DNA from: an uncultured Acidobacteriota bacterium
GTDB taxonomy: Bacteria; Acidobacteriota; Thermoanaerobaculia; Multivoradales; UBA5704
Reading direction: 5' to 3'
DNA: 64,000 bases
Assembly (NCBI GenBank): GCA_963700145.1
Contig: OY969474.1
Location: 3,744,001-3,808,000 of the forward strand
A program made the position numbers and the translations under genes. Position 1 is the first letter of the stretch. Each line of letters opens with the position of its first letter. The notes beneath the pieces are model-generated. The model had not been told where the DNA came from. It searched no databases and worked only from the letters and a program-made list of their open reading frames with translations. Below are positions 55,069 to 64,000 of the stretch, in pieces.

Positions 55069-56961
55069 TCAGCGGCGGGGCGTCCCCTTCAGAGGACGGA
55101 CGATGCGAATGGTCTCCGCGTCCTGCTCCCAGCCGTAGCCGTTGCAGCGCAACGCCTGGGTCAGGAGGTCCGGCCAGGGCGTGTCCTCCACCTCCGCCGA
55201 GAAGCTGCCCGTGACGCCTTCGGCGCCGGCCAGCTCGAGTTGGCCGATCGCGGCGAAGGACCGCAGGAGCTCCGTGAGCCCGGCGTCGCGCAGCTTCAGC
55301 GTGACGCGGTCGTCGAAACAGGAGGGCGCGGTCGATTCCTCGGGCAGCTCCGGCTCGGGCTCCTTCTTCTCCTTCCAGGCGGCGGCCAGGCGCTTCGACG
55401 CTTCGATCTGCGCCGGGCTGAGCAGGCGGGCCTGGTTTGGGCGCCGCGCGACGGCGAAGGACGCGCCGTCGGCCTCGCCGAGGAGGTACCAGAAGTGGGC
55501 CCGCACCGGGTCGCGCGGCACGCCGCGCCCCTCTTCGTAGAGCCGGCCGAGCGCCGCCTGGGCGATGCCTGACCCCTGCTCGGCGGCGCGGCGGTACCAG
55601 CGCGCCGCCTCGGCGTCGTTCCGCTCGACGCCGCGCCCCTCGGCGTAGAGCTCGGCGAGGTCGCGCTGCGCCGAGCTCTCCCCCTGCTCGGCCGCCTTGC
55701 GGTACCACCTCGCCGCCTCCGCCTCGTCGCGGCGCACGCCCTCGCCTTCGGCGTAGAGCTCGGCAAGCGAGAGCTGGGCGTCCCGGTTGCCCTGCTCGGC
55801 GGCGCGGCGATACCAGCGCGCCGCTGCCGCGGCGTCGGCGGGCACTCCGCGCCCGATCTTGTACGAGACGCCGAGGGAGTACTGGGAGAGAGCGTCCCCC
55901 TGCTCGGCGGCGCGCCGCGTCCATTGCACCGCGCGCGCGTGATCGACGGCGACGCCGAAGCCGTGCTCGTAGGACATTGCGACGTGCCGCTGCGCGTCCA
56001 GGAGGCCCTGCTCGGCGGCCAGCCGGTGCCACTTGAAGGCCTCGACCAGGTTGCGCGGCAGGGCGTAGCCGTCCTCGAAGGCCCGCCCGAGGCAGTGGTT
56101 CCAGAGCGCGTCGCCGATCTCGGGGCCGCGCAGGAACCAGGGGCTCGGAGAGGCCGCGGCGTGCCCCGGGGCGCGGCCGGTCTCGTGCAGGTAGGCGAGC
56201 GCCACCTGGGCGGCGGGGTGTCCGCGCCCGGCCGCCTGCGCCAGCCAGCGCGCCGCCTGGGCGTTGTCGCGCGGGCCGCCGTAACCGGTGGCGTGCGCCT
56301 CCCCGACGACGTACGCCGCGTGGACGATGCCGAGCTCGGCGGCGTGCCGCCAGTCGGGCAGCACCTCCTTCGGGTCGTCGGGGAAGACGTCCTCGCCGAG
56401 GGGCTCGAGCACCGGCTCCAGCGTCAGGCCCTGGCGCTCGGCGAGGAGGAGCGCGGCCGCCGCGCTGCCGTGGGCGTCGGCGCCGCGCAGCCAGACGAGC
56501 CCCTGCTCCTCGTCCTGCGGCAGGCCGTGCGCGGCCGAGCCGGCGAGGTAGAGCTTGGCGAGGGCGAGCTCCGCTTCCCTCTGCCCCTGCTCGGCGGCCC
56601 GCCGCAGCCACTCGAGGCTCGCGGCCGGGTCCTTCGCTACGCCCAAGCCGGCCTCGTGCAGCGCGGCGAGTCGGCGCTGCGCCCCGGCGTGCCCCTGCTC
56701 GGCGGCGCGGCGGTACCAGGCGGCGGCGCGGGCGGGGTCCTGCGCCACGCCGTCGCAGGTCTCGAAGCGCCGGGCGAGCTCGACCTGCGCCGCGGCCTCG
56801 CCGGCCGCGGCGGCAGTGCGCAGCTCCGGAAGCGGCCGCGGCGCGGGCGCGCGGGGGTCTTCCGGCGGCGCCTCCGGCGCGGCGGCCTTCTGATTGGCGC
56901 GGCAGCCCGCCGGCGCGAGCGCGGCGATCAGCAGCAGCGGCAGGAGCAGCGCGCGGGTCAT
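55069..56961 (-). CDS. Sel1-repeat (lipo)protein with C-terminal secretin-N0/STN-like domain
   Basis: Signal ending PAGC; many WYRRAAEQG repeats; C-terminal VTLKLRDA.L.ELL...DTPW..LL. Confidence 0.85.
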   Translation of the reverse strand: MTRALLLPLLLIAALAPAGCRANQKAAAPEAPPEDPRAPAPRPLPELRTAAAAGEAAAQVELARRFETCDGVAQDPARAAAWYRRAAEQGHAGAQRRLAALHEAGLGVAKDPAASLEWLRRAAEQGQREAELALAKLYLAGSAAHGLPQDEEQGLVWLRGADAHGSAAAALLLAERQGLTLEPVLEPLGEDVFPDDPKEVLPDWRHAAELGIVHAAYVVGEAHATGYGGPRDNAQAARWLAQAAGRGHPAAQVALAYLHETGRAPGHAAASPSPWFLRGPEIGDALWNHCLGRAFEDGYALPRNLVEAFKWHRLAAEQGLLDAQRHVAMSYEHGFGVAVDHARAVQWTRRAAEQGDALSQYSLGVSYKIGRGVPADAAAAARWYRRAAEQGNRDAQLSLAELYAEGEGVRRDEAEAARWYRKAAEQGESSAQRDLAELYAEGRGVERNDAEAARWYRRAAEQGSGIAQAALGRLYEEGRGVPRDPVRAHFWYLLGEADGASFAVARRPNQARLLSPAQIEASKRLAAAWKEKKEPEPELPEESTAPSCFDDRVTLKLRDAGLTELLRSFAAIGQLELAGAEGVTGSFSAEVEDTPWPDLLTQALRCNGYGWEQDAETIRIVRPLKGTPRR

Positions 56962-56984
56962 TGGGAACTGGAGCGGCGGCGATC

Positions 56985-58478
56985 CTAGCGCAGGCGCCAG
57001 ACGGCGACGGTGCGGCCGGGGGCGCCGCCGCGGCCGGCCGGGGCGAGCCAGGGCGCGGGGGGCGCCGGGCCCAAAAGCGTGCGCGGGCGGTCGCGGAGGT
57101 CGATCTCGCCGGCGACTACGTGGCGCGCGCCGGAAGCGGCGAGGAAGCGGCGCAGCTTCGCCAGGTAGAGGGCCGGCTCGGCGGTCTCGCGGCCGAAGGC
57201 GTCGGGCAGCGCGACGTAGGGGCGGCGCACGTAGCGGCCGAGGAACGGCGAGGTGCCGGCGGCCGGCTGCCCGGGCGGGAGAGCGGCGTCGAGGCGCCGC
57301 AGGGTGGCGACCTCGACGTACGGATGATTGGCGACGAAGGCCGGCAGGCGGTAGGCGAAGGTCTTGACCGCGAGGAGGGCGACGAGGACGGCGGCGACGG
57401 CGGGGATCAGGTAGGAGAGGCGCTGACGTCCCCTCTCGACCAGCATGCCCCACGGCGCAAAGCCGAGCGCGTTGCCGATCGGCAGCAGCACGAGAAGCAG
57501 CCTTCCCCACGTGAAAAAGCTGAAGGCGGTCGCGATCAGGAAGAACGCCGCGGAGCCGAGCAGCCACCCCGCGGCGCGCCGGCGGAAGCGCACGGCCAGC
57601 GCGGCACCGACCATCAGGAGCGCCACGTGCGCCCAGGTGCCGAAGAGCTGCGGCAGCCCCTCGACGGCGAAGCGCGCGAGCTCCGCGAGCCCGCCGCGCA
57701 CGACGGCGCCGGGATCGGCGCGCACGACGTCCAGCAAACCCCGGAACGGCACCCGCTCCAGGTACGACCAGTCCGGATAGCCGTAGAGCTTCCAGGCCAG
57801 GTTCTTCCAGTTCTCGTCGTGGAAGGGGTCGCCGAAGGCGGCGGCGCGGAGCGCCCAGTGAGCGGCCAGCGGCGGCAGCGCCGCGGCGGCGGCGACAGCG
57901 AGGTGGGCGAGGCGGCGCCCGGCGCGCGGCGCCAGGAGCCAGGCGGCGGCGAGCGCCGGCAGGAGGAAGAGGGCGTTGCTCCGGGTGAAGGCGGCAAGCC
58001 CCCAGGCGAGCCCGGCAAGTGCCGCGGTGCGCGCTGCCGGCCGCTCGAGGTAGGCGAGGCCGGCGAGGAGGGCCGCCCCGGCGAGCGCCGCGAACGGCAT
58101 GTCGGTCGTCACGTGCTGGCCGATGCGCCAGAGGTTGGGGTTAACGGCGGTGAGCGCGAACGCCCAGAGGCCGGCACCCGGCCCGGCGACCCGGCGGCCG
58201 AAGCCGAAGGCGAGGAGCGCCAGCGCCGCGGCGGCGAGGTTGGCGAGGAGGCGCGCGGCGGTGAAGGGCGCGAGGCCCGTGGCGCGCGCCAGCGCGGCGG
58301 TGGCGAGCGGGTAAAGGAGCGGCCGGTAGGGATCGCGCGGCAGCCGCCCGGCGAGGATCTCCTCGGCCTGCGCCACGTAGCCGTCGCGCTCCGCGGTCCC
58401 CGCCTCCTCGACCCAGTGAACGCGGGCGCCGAAGAGCGCGAGGGCCGCGAAGAGCGCCACGGCCGCCGCTGCTACCAT
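56985..58478 (-). CDS. GT-C (ArnT/PMT-like) membrane glycosyltransferase
   Basis: ERDGY, RPLLYP, TTDMPF, FTRSN; many TM segments; start approximate. Confidence 0.75.
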   Translation of the reverse strand: MVAAAAVALFAALALFGARVHWVEEAGTAERDGYVAQAEEILAGRLPRDPYRPLLYPLATAALARATGLAPFTAARLLANLAAAALALLAFGFGRRVAGPGAGLWAFALTAVNPNLWRIGQHVTTDMPFAALAGAALLAGLAYLERPAARTAALAGLAWGLAAFTRSNALFLLPALAAAWLLAPRAGRRLAHLAVAAAAALPPLAAHWALRAAAFGDPFHDENWKNLAWKLYGYPDWSYLERVPFRGLLDVVRADPGAVVRGGLAELARFAVEGLPQLFGTWAHVALLMVGAALAVRFRRRAAGWLLGSAAFFLIATAFSFFTWGRLLLVLLPIGNALGFAPWGMLVERGRQRLSYLIPAVAAVLVALLAVKTFAYRLPAFVANHPYVEVATLRRLDAALPPGQPAAGTSPFLGRYVRRPYVALPDAFGRETAEPALYLAKLRRFLAASGARHVVAGEIDLRDRPRTLLGPAPPAPWLAPAGRGGAPGRTVAVWRLR

Positions 58479-58485
58479 CGGCGCG

Positions 58486-59871
58486 ATGCGCCGCACGCTC
58501 GCCGCTCTCGCCATCGCCGGTGGCCTGATCGTACTGCGCGGCGGCGCGCTGGCGGGGCCCGCCGTGCCCGTGCCGGTCGATCCCGCCACCTCCGCCGCGG
58601 CGACGGCCGCGCCGGCGGAGGCCGCCGAGGAGTCCCACGGCGGCCCGGTCGTGCCGGTCCTCCTCGGGCTGGTGGTGATCCTCGCCGCCGCCAAGCTCGG
58701 CGGCGAGCTGTTCGAGCGCATCGGCCAGCCGGCGGTCCTCGGCGAGCTGGTCTTCGGCGTCGTCCTCGGCAACCTCGCGCTGCTCGGCATCGACGACTTT
58801 GAGTTCCTCGGCACCAACGGGGGGCTCGAGGTGCTCGCCCAGCTCGGGGTCATCCTGCTGCTCTTCGAGGTGGGACTGGAGTCCGACACCCGCGACATGC
58901 TCGCGGTCGGCTGGTCGAGCCTGCTCGTCGCCTGCCTCGGGGTGGTGGCGCCGTTCTTCCTCGGCTGGGGCGTGGCGGCGTGGCTCCTGCCCGAGGAGCA
59001 CACCCTCGCCCACGTCTTCATCGGCGCCACCCTCTGCGCCACCAGCGTCGGCATCACCGCGCGCGTCCTCACCGACCTCGGCAAGGTGGCGACGCGCGAG
59101 GCGCGCATCGTCCTCGGCGCGGCGGTGATCGACGACGTCCTCGGGCTGGTCATCCTCGCCGTCGTCGCCGGGGTCATCGCCGCGGCCGACACGGGCGGCG
59201 CCCTCGCCTGGCTGGACGTGGCGCTCATCGTGCTCAAGGCGGTCGCCTTCCTCGGCGGCGCCCTCCTCGCCGGCGGCTGGGCGGCGCCGCGCCTCTTCCG
59301 CCTCGCCGGCCGGCTCAAGATCCGCGGCATGCTGCTGACCGTGGCGCTGGTCGTCTGCTTCCTACTCTCCTGGGTCGCCGACCTGATCGGCCTCGCCCCG
59401 ATCGTCGGCGCCTTCGCCGCCGGCCTCATCCTCGACGAGGTCCAGTACCGCGACTTCCGCGAGCGCGGCGAGCACAAGCTCGAGGAGCTGCTGCGGCCGA
59501 TCACCACCTTCCTGGTGCCGGTCTTCTTCGTGCTGATGGGGGTGCGCGTGGACCTCGCGAGCTTCGCGCGCGTCGAGGTGCTGGGCTTCGCCGCGCTCCT
59601 GACCCTCGCCGCCATCGCCGGCAAGATGCTCTGCGCCGCCGGCGTCCTCGAGCGCGGGCTGGACCGGCTGTCGGTGGCGGTCGGGATGGTGCCGCGCGGC
59701 GAGGTGGGGCTGATCTTCGCCGGCTTCGGCGCCCAGCTCGTCCTCGGGGGGGAGCGGGTGATCGTGCCGGCGGTCTACGCGGCGATCGTCATCATGGTGA
59801 TCGTCACGACGCTCATCACCCCGCCGGCCTTGAAGCTCACCCTGGCGCGCGGGGAAAGGAAAGGTCGCTAG
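58486..59871 (+). CDS. Cation:proton antiporter (CPA2, Na+/H+)
   Basis: GQPAVLGEL, LLFEVGLE, ATSVGIT, AAVIDDV, GAFAAGL, PRGEVGL. Confidence 0.93.
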   Translation: MRRTLAALAIAGGLIVLRGGALAGPAVPVPVDPATSAAATAAPAEAAEESHGGPVVPVLLGLVVILAAAKLGGELFERIGQPAVLGELVFGVVLGNLALLGIDDFEFLGTNGGLEVLAQLGVILLLFEVGLESDTRDMLAVGWSSLLVACLGVVAPFFLGWGVAAWLLPEEHTLAHVFIGATLCATSVGITARVLTDLGKVATREARIVLGAAVIDDVLGLVILAVVAGVIAAADTGGALAWLDVALIVLKAVAFLGGALLAGGWAAPRLFRLAGRLKIRGMLLTVALVVCFLLSWVADLIGLAPIVGAFAAGLILDEVQYRDFRERGEHKLEELLRPITTFLVPVFFVLMGVRVDLASFARVEVLGFAALLTLAAIAGKMLCAAGVLERGLDRLSVAVGMVPRGEVGLIFAGFGAQLVLGGERVIVPAVYAAIVIMVIVTTLITPPALKLTLARGERKGR

Positions 59872-59883
59872 CAGCCAGCCTCT

Positions 59884-61553
<1,670 letters not shown>

Positions 61554-61667
61554 TCAGGATCACAAGGCTTGCGGCGCCGCAGTGATCGGCGCCGCTACCC
61601 GTAGGGTCGCCGGCCGGAGCCGGCGATCGATCTCGATTGCGGGTTGTGGGTGCTAGATTGCCGCGCC

Positions 61668-62306
61668 GTGCCGCTCTTCGCGCGCGACGCGCCGCCGCAG
61701 CCGCCCGTCCGGCTCCACGTCGGCAGCGGCCGCGCGCGGCTCGAAGGGTGGGTCAACATCGACAACCAGGCGCTCCCCGGCGTCGACGTCGTCGCCGACG
61801 TCACCAAGGGGCTCGAGTTCAGCGACGTCGAGGCGGTCTTCGCCGAGCACTTCCTCGAGCACCTGCCGGTCGACGCCGCGCTCGACTTCCTGCTCGAGAC
61901 GCGGCGGGTGCTGGCCGACACGGGCTGGCTCCGCCTCTCGACCCCCAACCTCGACTGGGTCTGGGCGACGCACTACCGCCTGGAGGCCGACGCCGAGACG
62001 AAGCGCTTGGCGGCGCTGCAGCTCAACCGCGCCTTCCACGGCTGGGAGCACAAGTTCCTGTGGAACCGCGAGCTGCTCGGCGAGGCCCTCCTTGCCTGCG
62101 GCTTCCGCGCGCCGCGCTGGTGCCGCTGGGGGGAGAGCGAGCTGCCGGTCTTCCAGGGGATCGAACGGCACGAGACCTACGGCGACACCCCCGAGCTGCC
62201 GCACGTCCTGATCGCCGAGGCGTGCAAGGGCGACCCGCAGCCGGAGCGCCTCGCCTCCCTCCGCGACCTCCTCCAGCGCGAGTTCCTGCTCCACCTCAAG
62301 GGTTAG
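61668..62306 (+). CDS. SAM-dependent methyltransferase-like protein
   Basis: LHVGSG...GWVNID, AEHFLEH, LRLSTPNL; GTG start at 61668 preferred. Confidence 0.75.
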   Translation: MPLFARDAPPQPPVRLHVGSGRARLEGWVNIDNQALPGVDVVADVTKGLEFSDVEAVFAEHFLEHLPVDAALDFLLETRRVLADTGWLRLSTPNLDWVWATHYRLEADAETKRLAALQLNRAFHGWEHKFLWNRELLGEALLACGFRAPRWCRWGESELPVFQGIERHETYGDTPELPHVLIAEACKGDPQPERLASLRDLLQREFLLHLKG

Positions 62307-62368
62307 CGGCGCTACACTGGCCGCGACCCGGGCCACCCCATCCCTCAAGGCTCGGGAGGGGGGTTCCG

Positions 62369-63361
62369 ATGCCTTTGCGCCGCGCCGTCCTCTCCCTCGC
62401 GCTCGCCGGTCTCGCCGCTCCCACCGCCGCGGCCGAGCCGGTCCATCAGGGCGCCACGTCCGTCCTGGCCGAGCCGGTCGCCACCCCCCAGTGTGGGGGC
62501 GGCGTGGTCTACGACGACGGCGTCTTCAACATCGGGTACACGGTGGGCCCGGGAGACGCCGCGATCGTGATGAAGCTCAATCTGCTGGCCGGCACGACGA
62601 CGCTCGACCAGGCTTGCATCTGCTTTTTCCGCGACGGGTCCGGCCCGTCGTTCATGTACTTCGAGGTCGTCGTCTACGACGACAATGGTGCGGGCGGTCA
62701 GCCGGGCACGCCGCTGGGGACGGTGGCCGCGACGGCGAGCTCCCTCGGCATCAACGACCCGGAGTTCTTCTCGGTGGACCTGACGGGCTCGGGGATCGTG
62801 CTGCCGGACACCAGCGTCTTTGTCGGCGCGCGCTTCCCGGGCTTCGCGGGGATCTTCCTGTGCGGCGACACCTCGCCGGCGACGGCGCAGCGCACCCAGT
62901 TCGGCAGCGGCAACGGCGGAGCGACGTGGAGCAACATGACGGCGCTCAACGTCGGGAACCCCCCGCGCGCCATGGGCATCCGGGCGGACCCCGCGGCGGC
63001 CACCGCCGCCTGCGTGCCGAGCGCGACGGCGATGTGCCTGAACAACGACCGCTTCCGCGTCTCGGCCACCTTCGACACCGGCACCCAGTCCGGGCAGGCG
63101 CACGCGGTCGAGCTGACCGACGACACCGGCTACCTCTGGTTCTTCAGCGCCACTAACGTCGAGGTGGTGATCAAGATCCTCAACGCCTGCGTTCCGGCGG
63201 TCGGCAACCGCTACTGGGTTTTCGCCGGCGGGCTGACGAACGTCAACACGGTGATCACCGTCACCGACACCCAGGCGGGGATCTCGAAGACCTACACCAA
63301 CCCGCCCAACACGAAGTTCCAGCCGATCCAGGACACCGCCGCCTTCGCCACCTGCCCGTGA
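62369..63361 (+). CDS. Secreted protein carrying the same C-terminal domain as the ELWxxDGT protein
   Basis: GGAGG RBS; signal peptide; YDDG motif; C-terminal DTGYLWFFSATNVEVVIKIL...WVFAGGLTNV...IQDTAAF. Confidence 0.82.
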   Translation: MPLRRAVLSLALAGLAAPTAAAEPVHQGATSVLAEPVATPQCGGGVVYDDGVFNIGYTVGPGDAAIVMKLNLLAGTTTLDQACICFFRDGSGPSFMYFEVVVYDDNGAGGQPGTPLGTVAATASSLGINDPEFFSVDLTGSGIVLPDTSVFVGARFPGFAGIFLCGDTSPATAQRTQFGSGNGGATWSNMTALNVGNPPRAMGIRADPAAATAACVPSATAMCLNNDRFRVSATFDTGTQSGQAHAVELTDDTGYLWFFSATNVEVVIKILNACVPAVGNRYWVFAGGLTNVNTVITVTDTQAGISKTYTNPPNTKFQPIQDTAAFATCP

Positions 63362-63394
63362 GCCGGGGCAGGAGCTAAACGGTGTCGTTTCGGC

Positions 63395-63424
63395 TTGACT
63401 CGGCTTGGGGCGGCGTGGCAAACT
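63395..63424 (+). promoter_or_regulatory. Candidate tRNA promoter
   Basis: TTGACT-N18-CAAACT followed by a GC-rich discriminator. Confidence 0.45.
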
Positions 63425-63458
63425 GCCCCTCCCCGGAGCTTCCGGGGCGCAGCCGTGA

Positions 63459-63535
<77 letters not shown>

Positions 63536-63546
63536 CCGCCTTCCAG

Positions 63547-63575
63547 GGGCCGCCGATCGGCGGCCCTCTTGGTTT
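63547..63575 (+). terminator. Probable terminator after the tRNA
   Basis: GGGCCGCC-GATC-GGCGGCCC followed by TCTTGGTTT. Confidence 0.65.
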
Positions 63576-63720
63576 GGGGAAGAGGGGTCCGCTTCCTCGC
63601 CTTCAGAAGCGACCGCCCGCGCCCTGACCAAGGAGAAGCTGGAGCTCGCGGCGGCCCTGGAGAAGGTGGCGTAACGCCCGCGTTCCACCTGCGATGCCTT
63701 CCGGCGCCCCTCCAATGGCA

Positions 63721-63972
63721 TGCGGCGGCTCGGCATTCGAGTGCGGTCATTCCGCATTCCAAGGCGGCGGCTCCGCATTGCTTTGCGGCGACCCCGCAAT
63801 CCATTGCGCCGGCTCCGTAATACCCTGCGGCGGCTCCGCACTCGATTGCGCCGGCTCCGCAATCCATTGCGGCGGCTCCGCAATGTCCTGCGGCGGCTCC
63901 GCATTCGATTGCGCCGGCTCCGCAACCCATTGCGGCGGCTCCGCACGCGATTGCGCGGCCCGCGCACGCCAG
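63721..63972. repeat. Tandem 21-bp repeat, 12 units: TGCG(G/C)CGGCTCCGCA plus 6 variable nt
   Basis: Units start at 63721, 63742 ... 63952 in exact 21-nt register. Confidence 0.93.
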
Positions 63973-64000
63973 TTTGGCGCGCTCGGAGGTAACAACACCT

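Noticed and set aside
63721-63972. CRISPR array call for either 21-bp array
   Set aside because: Repeats (7-15 nt) and spacers (6-14 nt) are far too short, some spacers recur, and there are no cas genes in the window

Overview
A very GC-rich (about 70% by eye) bacterial chromosomal segment. Gene content suggests Acidobacteriota, probably Thermoanaerobaculia; this is inference only. The core backbone is hemF, gnd-zwf-pgl, purS-Q-L plus purF, dprA-topA, a selenocysteine-type selD, a cold-shock gene, eno-ftsB and initiator tRNA-Met. Short accessory inserts interrupt it: (i) a lower-GC archaeal-like PGK with a small partner gene (3.9-5.6 kb); (ii) a VapBC pair and a low-GC precursor peptide / ATP-grasp / 3-TM membrane protein cassette that has truncated a nucleotidyltransferase gene (9.3-12.0 kb); (iii) an XRE-HTH gene, a strictly 21-bp-phased GGTCCGA array, an SH3+MBL hydrolase, a complete IS5 and a DUF433/DUF5615 pair (18.3-23.5 kb); (iv) a second 21-bp hairpin-repeat array after the tRNA. 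Other notable items are a tetraether-synthase-like radical SAM enzyme, a recurrent C-terminal domain on unrelated secreted proteins, and many apparently leaderless genes. All calls come from motif recognition by eye; no searches were run.
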